A DNA stretch of 63,142 bases, the filler included, from Octopus bimaculoides (lineage: Eukaryota): assembly GCF_001194135.2 (NCBI RefSeq). It is 10 parts of 10 records of this genome, joined end to end, with 100 filler letters (N's around TTAATTAATTAA, not from the genome) between each part and the next. Parts side by side here need not be neighbours in the genome. Positions count along the whole stretch, not along the records: positions 9,395 to 17,175 come from NC_068995.1; positions 17,276 to 33,905 come from NC_068997.1; 8 more parts are not named here. One strand, given 5' to 3'. The notes under the pieces are model-generated. The model saw only the letters and a list, made by a program, of their open reading frames with translations. It did not search any database and was not told where the DNA came from. The stretch's first letter is position 1. Each line of letters opens with the position of its first letter. Below are positions 14,361 to 27,457 of the stretch, piece by piece. The translations under genes and the position numbers were made by a program.

Positions 14361-15203
14361 TATTGTCCTCTCCCCACCCCACCATCCATCCCCAAACGAC
14401 CCTCACTCAACCTACCACCCCACCACTTCCAGCACACTACATTCTCTTCATTCTGTTTCATTCCTCCATATTCTCCCATCCGGGATTCCCCTTAATTCAT
14501 GCCTCACTGACTCCCTACATAAACCTCTTTATATTCCTTTATTCTTTCTTTTTTTATTCCCTTATTCTTTTATTCCTCAACACGTTCCACTTATTGTATT
14601 TTTTTATATTTCTCCGCCCCACCCTCTCTATCACCCACTTTCACACTCTTATATTTATCTGTGTTTGTGTATGTGTTTTGCGTTTTTCAAATGTGTTTGC
14701 AGGCTCCCTAAGCATGCGTGTGCATATGTGTGTATGCATGTGTGTATGCGTGTGTATGTACGTGTATATGTGTGTATGTGTATGTGAGTGTGATCTTGTT
14801 TCATTTTCTACTTGACCTATTGCAAGTCTGACTACCTGATGTTTTAATCGGGTTGCAGAGACCAATGAAACTTGTGATGTTGTGACTCGGCAAAAGCTAA
14901 TACATATTATCCAAATAAGTAGAGCTTGTTTAATGTCGCAAAGAACTGAGGTTAAACGTTTCGGATAGTTCGTCTTGCGTCAGAGACATCAATGTAGAAA
15001 TATAATGAACAAGTGCGAAATTACGAACGACAACTGCAAATGGGTAACACCGCGATGGACTGGTTTTCCCATCTGGGGAAATAGTTGGTCTGCTCGCCTA
15101 GTCACTGGAGATGGCATCATTCGAAAGCTAAAAACAATGCGAAGTGCGTGGGCGACCAGCGATGTATAGCAACATCCGATGTATAAAAACATCCGATATC
15201 GTG

Positions 15204-15238
<35 letters not shown>

Positions 15239-15267
15239 TGTGTGGAGAAAGAGAGAAAGAGGGAGGA

Positions 15268-15335
<68 letters not shown>

Positions 15336-15509
15336 GTACAAATTAATACATACGAATGCAAGTGTGGCCGTATGGTAGAATTTTGTATGGAAGTGTAGGA
15401 CAGTAAACTAATGTTTTACCTGTGTCATTTTATATACTGTGCAGTATTATAATGTTCTGTAATATCTGCGTGTAAATGCGCAGTTAACTGACGATATTCT
15501 CGCTTGATT

Positions 15510-15905
15510 GAGGCGGCGAGCTGGCAGAATCGTTAGCACGCCGAGCGAAATGCTCAGCGGTGTTTCGTCTGCAGCTACGTTCTTAGTTCAAATTCCACCG
15601 AGGTCGACTTTGCCTTTCATCCTTTCGGGGTCGATAAATTAAGTACCAGTGAAATACTGGGCTCGATGTAATCGACTAGTCCCCTCCTAGATTATTTAAG
15701 GCGGCGAGCTGGTAGAATCGTTAGCACGGTGGACGAAATGCTCAGCGGTATTTTGCCCGTTCGCTACATTCTGAGTTCAAATTCCGTCGAGGTCGACTTT
15801 GCCTTTCATCCTTTCGGAGTCGACAAATTAAGTACCAGTTGCGTACTGGGGTCGATGTAATCGACTACCTCCAGAATTTCCGTCCTTGTACCTGTAATAG
15901 AAAGG
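15510..15905 (+). mobile_element. Two tandem SINE family A copies (15510-15690, 15698-15905)
   Basis: Two successive GGCGGCGAGCTGG..GTTCAAATTCC..AAGTACCAG units. Confidence 0.85.
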
Positions 15906-16119
15906 ATGTTCTCGCTTGATCTGCTAGAAATAGCAACCATATGGCTCTATGACCAAACTCACTTGTCTTAAAAACATAGCTGGAATACATAGTCTAGGTA
16001 CACTAAATTCTGACAAGAGGCAGGACGGTCACGCCTGGAGCTTGTTTGATCATAGACGTGCTCCATCAGGTCTGAGTTGTTAATATCTCAGCAAGCAGCA
16101 AAACCTCCACCACAAAATA

Positions 16120-16384
16120 CGTAAATTCAGCACACTCCAAAACCACCGCCAATAAAAATAACCAATACATATGGCCACCACCACTAAAATGGGTAACATC
16201 ATTATCATCATCATCATCATCATCATCCTAATCATCCACAGAATCATCATCACTGCATTTAATTCAGCCACCATCATCAACATTACCATCATTACCACAA
16301 CAAAAGTACCACCGCTTCCTCAAACGCCACAGTAACCATCGCCCACCATGAATCTCAACTACTACTACTACTACTACTACTACG

Positions 16385-16426
<42 letters not shown>

Positions 16427-16442
16427 GCTACTGCTGCTGCTG

Positions 16443-16506
<64 letters not shown>

Positions 16507-16564
16507 CGCAAGCAGCAGCATCACCATGACCATCACCACTACCACAACTACCGTCATCATCCTC

Positions 16565-16597
<33 letters not shown>

Positions 16598-16655
16598 ACA
16601 TCATCATCATCCTTCTCTTCCTCCTCCTCATCATCATGATAATAATCATTATGAT

Positions 16656-16699
<44 letters not shown>

Positions 16700-17045
16700 C
16701 TCCTACAACCAAGTCTTCGACGTCGCCATTACCATCAAGGATCACTGCTACCGTAACCAATACCACCAAAATTACAATCAACGCTGTAACCACAACCAAT
16801 ACTATAAAAAATACTACAACCGCGACATCCATGACAACCGCTACCGTGACTACCCTCACACCACCAGCGCCGCCGCCGCCACTTATATCACTAACACGTC
16901 CGCACTATTATTACTACAAACATCATCACTACCGCCACCATCACCACCACCACCACAAACAACAACAACAACAACAACTGTAACTACGACGACGTACAAT
17001 TAACACTTCTCGTCATCATTAGCACCACCACCGCCACCGCCAGCG
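16120..17045. repeat. (CAT)n/(TAC)n/(CAC)n/(CAA)n microsatellite mosaic
   Basis: Direct reading. Confidence 0.9.
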
Positions 17046-17278
17046 CCAGCAGGAGCAGGCAACCCCTTTTTAAGTGTTTCACGTGACTACGAGGCTTTCC
17101 TCTTTCTGTGAGAGTCTTCTCACGCCATTAAACACACGGCATATGTTTTTATTGGCCACCAGTGCAAGACTATTANNNNNNNNNNNNNNNNNNNNNNNNN
17201 NNNNNNNNNNNNNNNNNNNTTAATTAATTAANNNNNNNNNNNNNNNNNNNNNNNNNNNNNNNNNNNNNNNNNNNNGTA

Positions 17279-17543
17279 TGTTATGTTTCCCTCGGACTGA
17301 CTCGCAGAGATAACATAACGAGTTATACAGTTTAATTATTACATTTATTGTTCAATTACATACAAAGAACGCACTCACCCAATGTTCGTTATGAATAAAC
17401 AAAAGTCATGTCCGCCATATATATATCAATGACATTTTACTACGACAGTCCCACAAGACAACAACAATGAAACAATGAACTCAGACGAACCACATGACAC
17501 ACGGAACGTCAGACGAATTACATATCTAACAGTCCATATAACA
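17279..17543 (-). mobile_element. Solo LTR (~265 bp)
   Basis: TGTTA...TAACA termini. Flanks nnGTA / CAGTA fit a 5-bp TSD (3 visible bases match). On the minus strand a TATATA tract (~17416-17427) lies upstream of AATAAA (17344-17349). Confidence 0.65.
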
Positions 17544-17553
17544 CAGTAGTTGT

Positions 17554-18480
17554 AGATATTAAAGTTGTTGTTTTTTAAAGCTGATCGTTTGTGTGTTCGG
17601 AAGCTGTAGGTATGTAAATTTCCTAACTTATTTTATTTTGAGGAAGACTTAAAATATTCACAGGAAAAAGTAGATATTCCAGTCTTTGGGAATAGTAGGA
17701 GGATGATTTTTTTGAATTTCTGAATTTCTTTTTCTTTTGGAATTTTTCTTTTCTTTTTCAAGGTTTTGCTGTGGTTTACAGTTTTGTAGTTGTTGTAGTT
17801 GTACATTATGTATATATTGGCAGGTGCTTACCTCCCTAATTTTTTATCGTTCATTTAATTGTGTTGTTACAATAAAAGGCATGTCTACATATTCTGTTAG
17901 TCAGGGCAGAAGGAATGATAAAATGTTCACACAAAATTGGAGATATTAAAGTTTCTAAGTTTTTTGAGGTGTTCGTTTTCATGTCCGTTCAGAGTCGACG
18001 GTGGTGTTTTTTGCAATAAAATGTATGTTTGTATTTTGGAATTTTCAGGGGAAAAGGAATAGAAAAAAACGGGAGGTAAAATGTTTTCATAGAAAAGTTT
18101 TGATATTAGGGTTTTTANNNNNNNNNNAATTTCTGAATTTCTTTTTCTTTTGGAATTTTTCTTTTCTTTTTCAAGGTTTTGCTGTGGTTTACAGTTTTGT
18201 AGTTGTTGTAGTTGTACATTATGTATATATTGGCAGGTGCTTACCTCCCTAATTTTTTATCGTTCATTTAATTGTGTTGTTACAATAAAAGGCATGTCTA
18301 CATATTCTGTTAGTCAGGGCAGAAGGAATGATAAAATGTTCACACAAAATTGGAGATATTAAAGTTTTTAAAGCCGATCATCTGTGTGTTCGAAATCTGT
18401 AAAATATTTAAGTTCCTTAACTTATTTTGAGGGAAATTCAAAATACTCACTGGAAACTTTAGATATTCCAGTCTTTTAGA
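17554..18480. repeat. ~400-bp-period tandem array (units begin AGATATTAAAGTT at ~17554, 17941, 18354)
   Basis: 17715-17954 appears identical to 18128-18367; 17558-17690 is a diverged match to 18357-18478. Confidence 0.6.
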
Positions 18481-19341
18481 GTTATTTTTCAGTTATCCTG
18501 CTGGGTTGTATATATATATTAATAAATCTCAGGGTAGCAAAAATATTTAGAAATTCTTTTTGCTACCAGTGGTCGTGAGAAGAAAATTAGTCAATAGACT
18601 ATATATTATTCATATGAATACATGCAGTGTACATTTAAACACATAAGAGAGATGTCCATAATAGGACATCTAACCCGCTAGAAGGAGCAATCAAACTCCA
18701 AACCACAATTAGGGATAATTTCGAAAGGGAATGAAAAATAAAAACATTTATCATCTATTTCCCGAACCAAGGTTTCAAGCTATTTTCAGCAAAATAAAAT
18801 AATTTGCTAGGCCAGCTATCATCAGCAGGAAAGCAAACATTAACATATAAATACGAGGCAATACATAGAAACATGCCTCGTGCTTATATGTTATAATTTT
18901 TCATATCTACCGCGCATGTGCAGTTGTCTTATTGGCAGAAAATACAAAAAAATGCCGATTTTCTTCCAGAAATTAGCCAAATTAGCTATAGACCTTAATG
19001 GTCGTAAAAATACTATATCAGTATATGGACTAAAAAGACCGTCAGAGAGAAAACTGTCCCTATTCCGACTGCAGACGACACACACAGCATTACGAACACG
19101 GCCCGCGCACACTCACCTTCACATTCCATGACTACCACTGAGATCAATCAGGTACCGGACAAGGATTCTGAATTATTTTTCCGGTTTTTACTTAATTTTT
19201 GAGAGCGGTAGGGTTCATGTCTTGTAATCTTCTTTGTGAGAGCACTCGAGTTTATTTCAAATATTCTCATTTTAAATATCATCTCCGGCTAATCATTGAG
19301 ATGACGTTGGTGTTGCCTTGGCAGAGGTTTACACTCTCTGA

Positions 19342-19406
<65 letters not shown>

Positions 19407-19980
19407 CATCATCATCATCATCATTATTATTGAGTGAGAGGGCAGTGCATGCCATCAAAGTGACACTGGGGAACAAATATATGAAGCCCAATACACCCAT
19501 CATGACTACCCGCCTGATAAGGGTACACTAGGCATATGCATCACATATGTGTGCAACATGGTGAGCTCATGTCAAGATAAACAGCGCATGTCCTTGTAGG
19601 TGGGACCCAGTTAGAATTTTCTTCAGGTCGAGTAGCCCATCCCACTCAAAAGGTCCCTGAATTAGATTTTTTAAGGATGACGAACAAAACGCCCATGTTA
19701 ACAGAGGTGAATTATTCAAACCTCTAAGAATTCCTCCTAACACATAGCCATGATTCTCCCACACTACCTCTGATCGAGATCAGAGATGCACATATTGTCA
19801 ACCACTAAGGGACATGCTCAACTGGTTACGGTCAAGCAACTGACAAGCAAATCTGTGGTAATGAGCAGAATATTTGCTGTAGCCCATCTTTTATACCAAA
19901 ACAAAACAATGTACAAGTTAACACTTCCAATCAGATAAAATCAGAAGCTATGAGAGCCACTGCCTGGTACTGCATCAGGG

Positions 19981-20042
<62 letters not shown>

Positions 20043-20280
20043 CTAAGGAAGTGAGCTGGGCACATAGTTAGCATGCTGGACGAAATGCTTGACGGTATTT
20101 TGCCCGTCGCAATAAACAGACTTTAATATATCGGTCTTTTACAGCAATATCCTGTTTATTAGCTTCGATCATCCGGTCTGAATGTACAGGCAAGTCCCAA
20201 AGAATCATTACATTTTCTCCTTCAGTCTAGGGGGTCATGATTATACCGCTTGTCAACAGCTTTTATTTTATAATAGGGTG

Positions 20281-20630
20281 AAGGGTAAAGACCCTACCTT
20301 CGGTCACGAATCACCATACAATTGCACCTAGAAAGTTCCCCTCTGAGGCACAAGTCCGCGCAAGGCTTTTTGTAGAAGACCAGCACACCAGTCTCACACC
20401 ATGTATATCCGTCTCCCGTCGCCACCTCAGCGTCATTGTCCAAGGGAAAGGCAAAAGTTGATACAGTTTGTCACCAGTTATGTTGGAACTCATTTCTACA
20501 GCTGGGGGAACTAGACGAACACGAAATAAAGTGTCTTACTCAGGAACACAACTCACCACTGGGTTGTCCGAGAATCTACCTCATTACGTCACGATTGTAA
20601 GTCCGACGCTCTAACCACTGAACCATACCC
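20281..20630 (-). mobile_element. tRNA-derived CORE-like SINE family D
   Basis: Minus-strand head GGTATGGTTCAGTGGTTAGAGCGTCGGAC and core GTGTTCCTGAGTAAGACAC. Confidence 0.6.
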
Positions 20631-20639
20631 ACATATTAA

Positions 20640-22045
20640 CTTGTGTAGATATTCGTCAACTCTGTCATGTCTTGATACACTTCGCGTTCTAAAACTTTAC
20701 ACGAAGAGATTATGTGGTCCACTATTTGAATCTCCTCATTGCAGAAACGGCACTTTGGTTCTACTCCCTTTTTCATCACATTCGCTTGATTGTTCTGGAT
20801 CAAAATGCTTTGATCTTAAGCAGTTAAGATGAAGCCTTTGCTTTCTGTCTTCTGTCCTGAACTTTGTAGCCACTGATGGCTTTTAGTCAACATCAGCCTG
20901 TTGGCTACGGGTCATATATCTGTTATGCAGAGGTTTTTGCTTCCACCTACCAGCCAATTGTTCCAGCAATTTTTTTTTATCATTAAATGTATTTTATTTG
21001 CAACAACAGTCGCCGCCCTTCCCTCACACTGTTCAGCCTTGGTATCATTCGTGATTTCAATAACATATTTGTTTGCTCTACTTTAAGATAAAATGGAACT
21101 TCTTACGCCTACTGTGATTTTCAAAGAGTTTTGGCATCCAGTCATTAGTTGTTTCTAGATATTTAACCAATCCAATTTTGGTGGTTTTGTTAGAAAGTTG
21201 AAACTGGATCAGGCTTCAACCACCTTAGGCTCTAGAAAGGTAAAGAATTCAACGTATGTCAATGGGTGGTGCATTTTATTACAAGTCATCAGTCACAAAT
21301 TTTTCAATCAATTTTCTTTGTCTCACTGATATTCTAGTTCAAGAGGTTTATAGCTAACACCTTGTTACGTGCATTTAGTTCAGATTTTAGAACCACTCGT
21401 ACTCTCCAATAACATTCCTTCCTGCTCTTCTCTTTCATGTTGGAAATTCTTGATACACAGTGACATATTATGCTTCAGGAAATTTGAAATTACGGGGAAA
21501 ATTTTGAAGATTCCCAGCGATTTCACGATCCATGAATGCGATATACTGTCAACAAAAGCCGTTATGCAATCAAGCCATGCAGAACCTATATTTCTTCACT
21601 TGTTGTGACAGTTCGCAAGGATCATGCTCTTAATTAGGAGTTGAACTTTGCATCCATAGCAACCAGGTTGATTTAAATCTTGTTCAGTGGGGAAAACATC
21701 GTTCTATTCCATAAATACATGTTTTCTCCATGAGGATGAAGGTTAAAATTTCATAAGTAGCGGGTAAACAAGTCATCGGCCGATAGTATTTTTGATCTTT
21801 GGATTCATTATTCTTTGGAAGTAGGTAAGTAATATCAATTGCTAACCAACCGGGTATTTTCTTAAGATCTCTTATAATCTCATTGAACAGCTGCGCTAAC
21901 TCTTCGTTTGCACACGGGAATAATGCAAGCCGGATATTTGACACTTTACAAGGCGAATTCCACTTATGAGCCTTCGTGAATGTCATCCTTAGGACTGTTA
22001 TTGTGATGTCTTCCCATGCTTGTTCTGATAAATTTCGGTAGGATC
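20640..22045 (-). mobile_element. R4/Dong-type (RLE) non-LTR retrotransposon fragment, degenerate and internally deleted
   Basis: Minus-strand translations IPGWLAIDITYLLPK..YRPMTCLP, GCYGCKVQLLI..AWLD...SHSWI, RVRVVLKSELNARNK, WKQKPLH..HQWLQSSG. The RT QGD/YxDD core is absent. Confidence 0.8.
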
Positions 22046-22047
22046 CT

Positions 22048-22078
<31 letters not shown>

Positions 22079-22495
22079 CAGGAAGTTAGCAACGAGTGAG
22101 ACAGGTAATCTCGTTTATTTCCTGTTAACGAACGAGACGGGTAATCTCGTTGACTTCTTATTAAAAGGAGAAAAATGAAAATCCAGCGAAAAGAGTTTAG
22201 AATACAGCAACAGCATTGCGTGGATAGTAAAAAATACGAGAGAGAGCTGCAAGCGGATTGGACAGTTTACAACATAACTTTGAACAATCGAATACTGGAC
22301 ATAAAATTCTTTGGATATTAACTTATTTGCAAATGGATCGCTAAAATATCAAATATATCCTTTAATTGACTTATATAAAATACATTTTTGTTACATAATT
22401 TCATCCTCGAATGTTAATTCACTGATTTTACAATTCTGTTGTTACGTTCAGAAGTTCACTCCTTTTTATACCAAAGAATTTGTCTGATCATAACA
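22079..22495 (+). repeat. 5' LTR (right part; left end lost at the TA microsatellite)
   Basis: Ends ...GATCATAACA three bases before the PBS. No TGTTA start is visible upstream. Confidence 0.6.
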
Positions 22496-22498
22496 AAC

Positions 22499-22516
22499 TG
22501 GGGGCTCGTCCAGGAA
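22499..22516 (+). promoter_or_regulatory. Primer-binding site complementary to the tRNA-Pro 3' end
   Basis: TGGGGGCTCGTCC(AGGAA) matches the complement of the eukaryotic tRNA-Pro 3' end (TGGGGGCTCGTCCGGGATT) at the first 13 nt and lies just after TAACA. Confidence 0.85.
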
Positions 22517-22854
22517 TCCCATAAAACAACTTTACTACTCACCTCTGAACTGATCGATATGAGTTTAAAAACAAATTTTTTTCAGAGAATTATTCAAAAG
22601 TTATATACAAAATTTCCACTGCTGAAAAATATATATACCTGTATAATTTTGTACCAACATTCAAAATTCTTCTTGTGNNNNNNNNNNNNNNNNNNNNNNN
22701 NNNNNNNNNNNNNNNNNNNNNNNNNNNNNNNNNNNNNNNNNNNNNNNNNNNNNNNNNNNNNNNNNNNNNNNNNNNNNNNNNNNNNNNNNNNNNNNNNNNN
22801 NNNNNNNNNNNNNNNNNNNNNNNNNNNNNNNNNNNNNNNNNNNNNNNNNNNNNN

Positions 22855-23874
22855 TGATGAAGAAATTTTTGAAGATTCAGCTTTGTCATTGTTGAACTCA
22901 GAGGAAACAGAAGAGTTTGAGTTGAGGAAATTAGAATTAGAATTTCAAAAAGCAATAAAAGAAATGGAAACTCAAAAAGAACTAAAATCAAAAGAAATGA
23001 GTTACAGAGTAGGATGTTGAACACTCCTCGTGATCAGAAAGATTTTGATGTAGCTAAAAATTGTAGACTTGTGCCTCAATTTAGAGAAAAAGATGCTGAT
23101 AAATCTTTCCTTCATTTTTAAAAGGTGGCAATAAATTTGAGATGGCCCGTGGAGAATTGGACAATGTTAATACAAAGTGTTTTAAAAGGCAGGGCTCAGG
23201 ATGTCTATTCGGTTTTATCGAACAAAGCAAGTTTGAATTATGAGGGGTGGCCAAACAGGCTATTCTAAAAGCTTATGTCCTTGATTGAAGCATATAGACA
23301 AAAATTTAGACAGTCCAGGAAAAGAAGTGAGAATACTTATGCAGAATTTGCTAGAGAGAAGGAAAATTTGTTTGATAGGTGGTGTGTGTCAAAAGAAGTT
23401 GGGGAAGATTTTCACCAATTGAAGTAGCTTATATTATTAGAGGAGTTCAAACAGTGTGTTCATATTGATATTAGGACTTATTTGGAAGAGCAGAGAGTAG
23501 AACAGTTACAAGAGGCAGCTAGTTTAGCGGAAGACTACTCTATTAGTCATAAGTGTGAGTTCAAGCTGTATGGTTATTATCATCAGGATAATTTCGAGTT
23601 AGGTCAGACAAGTAAGTCAATTTATTCAGCTCAGTCAGGTTCGAATCCTAACAAGTCCAGTGGTTCGGAGTTAAGAAAGTCAACCAGTCCATTTGTTTCT
23701 AAATCTGATTCAAATTTTCATTCAAAAATTATTTGTAGATATTGTAGAAAGACAGGCCATTGGATTTTTGAGTGTAAAAAGCTCAAGTTAAAAAATCAGT
23801 CACAAACCTTACCCCATGCTTTTGTGAAGGTCGAGTCACAGCCTATTTCTGGCATCATTAACTCTGAGGAGTAG
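22855..23874 (+). pseudogene. gag remnant: coiled coil, SCAN-like capsid region, CCHC zinc knuckle
   Basis: EAYRQKFR...FAREKENLFDRW...LILLEEFKQ...EAASLAEDY across frameshifts; CRYCRKTGHWIFEC at 23734-23775. The start is probably in the 22678-22854 gap. Confidence 0.85.
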
Positions 23875-23928
23875 TATGTTTCGGGAGTTTAGTCACCAAA
23901 GTCGGCTGTTTTTGTTGATGAGGGGTAT

Positions 23929-24753
23929 ATGCCTTTTATTTCAAAAGGTTTTGTCTCACTTGAGGGTGATAAGTCCACATTACGACCCATTACTATTTTG
24001 AGGGATACAGGCGCACTCCAGTCTCTATTGTTGGAAGGTACTCTTCTTTTCTCAGAAGCGTCGTCTGCTAACTCTAATGTTTTATTAGAGGGTATTAGTG
24101 GAACTTCAGGTGCACCTCTTCATCTTGTTGATTTGCAGTCAGATCTTGTGTCTGGTTTGGTGAAAGTTGGTGTTAAGAAAAGTTTCCTAGTTTCAGGTGT
24201 AGACTTGCTTATTGGAAATGATTTAGCAGGGTCCAAGGTTTTGTCTGATCCACATGTTAGCATTGAGCCAAGCACCTCTGAGAGCACTGAATCCCTTCAG
24301 GAAACAATTCCTGGTATTTTTCCCTCATTTGATGTGACTCGTTCTATGGCTAACTCAATTTCGCAAGAGATTTCCAAAATCATCTCGAAAGAGATTCCAG
24401 ATAATATCTCAAAAGAGATTTCAGATAACAACACCTCGAAAGAGAATTTTAATGAGAATGAAAGATATGATCTTTTTAAAGCTGAATCTTTTATGAATCA
24501 TTCTTTACAGGATTCCTTTTTAAGTGAGAGTACTTTTGTTCTGAGCAGTACAGCTCAGTTTTCGGGGCCCGACCCTGTACTCACTCGTTTGCAGCTCATT
24601 TCATCTCAGAGCAACGATCCTGAAATTCAAATATTGACACGCCGAGCACTTTCCAGCAATGAGGCTGTTAAGATTCTTGTTTGTTATTACAACCAAGATG
24701 GTGTTTTAATGAGAAAACGGAGATCGCCAGAAGTTTCTGCAGTGGATGAATAG
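23929..24753 (+). pseudogene. Retroviral-type aspartic protease + spacer
   Basis: ILRDTGALQSLL (DTG at 24004-24012) and LLIGNDL motif. Confidence 0.85.
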
Positions 24754-24798
24754 AAAGTATTTCATCACATTATTGTTCCTTAAGTTTATCGTGAACAT

Positions 24799-25786
24799 AT
24801 GATCAGTTTGGCTCATGATATTCCATTAGCAGGTCATTTAGAAGTTAACAAAACTTGTGATAGGATTTTGACTCATTTATTTTGGCCTAGATTGCGTCAG
24901 GATGTGTTACAGTTTTGTAAGACTTGTCATGCTTGTCAGGTGGTAAGAAAGCTCAATCAGAAAATCCCTCCTGCCCCATTAAAGCCCATTCCCACATTTG
25001 AAGAGCCATTCAGTAGAGTCATTATCGTGTGTGTTCATTGCCACAAACTAAGTCTGGTAATCAATATCTTCTGACAATTATGTGCGCGTTAACAACGTTT
25101 TCTGATGCTGTCCCATTGAGGAAGATTACAGCTCCTGTGATAGTTAAGGCTTTGATCAAGTTTTTCACTATGGTTGGTTTGCCTAAAGAGGTTCAGTCTG
25201 ATGAAGGGTCTAATTTCATGTCAAGTTTGTTTCAACAGGCAATGTATGAGTTGAGAATTAGACAGGTTAAGTCTAATGCTTACCATCCGGAGTCCCAAGG
25301 GACATTGGAAAGATTTCATCAGACTCTTAAAAACATGATCAGAGTTTATTGCTTTGAAACAGAGAAAAAATGGGATGAAGGCATTCAGTTGTTGTTGTTT
25401 TCCGTTAAGGAGTCAGTTCAGGAGTCATTAGGATTTAGTCCCTTTGAGTTAGTTTTTGGTCACACTGTCAGGGGACCACTCAAACACTTGAAAGAATTAT
25501 AGCTTAATGACCAATCACAATTGAACTTGCTAGACTATGTGTTTACTTTTCGAAATAGACTTTCCAAAGCTACTGAGGTTGCCAGAAAAATTTGAAGAAA
25601 TCACAGGACAAAATGAAAGCCATTTATGACAAAAACTATAAAGCTCGAAATTTCAGTCCAGGTGACAAGGTTTTGGTGTTACTACCCATTACTGGTCAAC
25701 CATTTAGAGCCAAATACCATGATCCATATTTGATTGATAGGAAAGTCAGTGACATTGACTACATTGTTCAAGGCTTTGTCACATGA
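24799..25786 (+). pseudogene. Integrase remnant (upstream of RT)
   Basis: AHDIPLAGH...CKTCHAC (HHCC); QSDEGSNF; AYHPESQGTLERFHQTLK; PGDKVLVLLP..RAKYHDPY (GPY/F-like). Split by frameshifts. Confidence 0.9.
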
Positions 25787-26039
25787 ACATGATCAAAAAG
25801 TATTATGACAGGTCTAAAATTGTGCCACCAAAAGTCATTGCTATTTCCTTTCCTATTGATCATGATTCAGACAAGTTGAAAGAAGAATGTGAGCATTTGA
25901 AATTTGATGATTTGGCTAAGAAGCCTAACCCAAGATTAAAAAATTCTGAAATATTAGCAAATATTCATGTAAAGATAGCTCACCTTACTCCAGAACAACA
26001 ATGTCAATTGTCAGATTTGCTTCGTGAATATGTACATTT

Positions 26040-27360
26040 ATTTCCGGATGTACCTGGTCGTACCGATTTAGTTAATCATGATATTGATGTTGGTGATTCA
26101 AAACCTGTTAAACAACATCCTTATCGATTTAACTCACTCAAGTTGAAACATCTCCAAAAAGAGGTCAACTACATGCTGGAGAGGGACATCATTGAACCAG
26201 GTGACAGTGAGTGGAGCTCGCCGTACATCCTAGTACCGAAGCCTGATGGTACTTTTCGCTGTTGTACAGACATGAAGCGTGTGAAATCTTTGTCTAAGAC
26301 AGATTCATACCCCATACCAAGAATTGATAACAGTATAGATAGAATCAGTTAAGCCAAATATGTGATTAAGTTTGATTTACTGAAGGGGTATTATCAAATT
26401 CCTTTAACGGAACGTGCCAAGAAGATTTCTGCTTTTGCTACGCCGGATGGACTATACCAATATAATGACATGCCGTTTGGACTGAAGAATGCACCGACCA
26501 CTTTTCAACGCCTCATGAATAACATCACTTCAGGGCTTAAGGGCATCGAAACCTACATTGATGACGTCATAGACCAGTCTATGGAGTGGGACGAACATTT
26601 AAAGAGGATGTGTCCCTTCTTCAAGAAACTTGCACAGGCAAAACTGACTATAAATCTTGCGAAATGTAAATTTGCCCAGGCAAATGTGGTGTTTTTAAGG
26701 TATGTTGTTGGCCAGGGCCAGGCACAACCGGTTAAAGCAAAGGTAGAAGCTTTGGCAAAATTCCCAGTTCCGTCAAACAAAAAGGAACTTATGAGATTCC
26801 TGAGAATGGCTGGTTATTACAGACAATTTTGTCTAAATTTCTCTGATGTTGTGGCCCCTCTCACTAATTTATTGAAAAAGGGTGTCAAATTTGTTTGGTG
26901 TGACAATTGTCAGGCCGCGTTTGAGACAGTAAAAGCCATACTCATGAGTTCTCCAGTTTTTATAGCACCAGGTTTTGGGAAACCATTTAAACTTTCCATT
27001 GATGCAAGTGACATTGGTGTCGGTGGTGTTCTGTTTCAATCAGATGCAAAGGGTGTTGATCATCCTGTTTGTTATTACTCAAAGAAATTTGACAAACACC
27101 AGCGAAATTATTCTACCATTGTAAAAGTAACTCTTGCTTTGTTGTTGTCATTGCAATAATTTGACGTATACTTGGGAACCACCAAGTATTTGATTGAAGT
27201 GTTCACTGACCACAATCCGCTGACTTTTCTGCACAAGATGAAGAACAAAAATCAGAGATTAATGAGATGGAGATTATCTTTGCAAGAATTTAATTTCAAT
27301 ATTCAACATATTAAAGGTAAAGATAATGTCATTGCAGATGCACTATCTCGAGTCAGCTGA
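26040..27360 (+). pseudogene. Reverse transcriptase + RNase H remnant
   Basis: SEWSSPYILVPKPDG, DLLKGYYQIPL, MPFGLKNAPTTFQRLM, YIDD (26554-26565), IDASDIGVGGVL, TDHNPL, NVIADALSR. In-frame stops near 26352 and 27159. Confidence 0.92.
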
Positions 27361-27457
27361 TTGTGACAGGATGTTACATGTATTTGTATCCCTTATGCAG
27401 TTCTCATATTTTGTCCTTGCAATTAAGAAAATTTTCACTGCGTTCAACTTTCTTCCT

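Noticed and set aside
19420-19980. Probable interspersed repeat between (CAT)n and (ATT)n tracts
   Set aside because: Single copy in this window with no diagnostic motif, so its class cannot be supported from the sequence alone.
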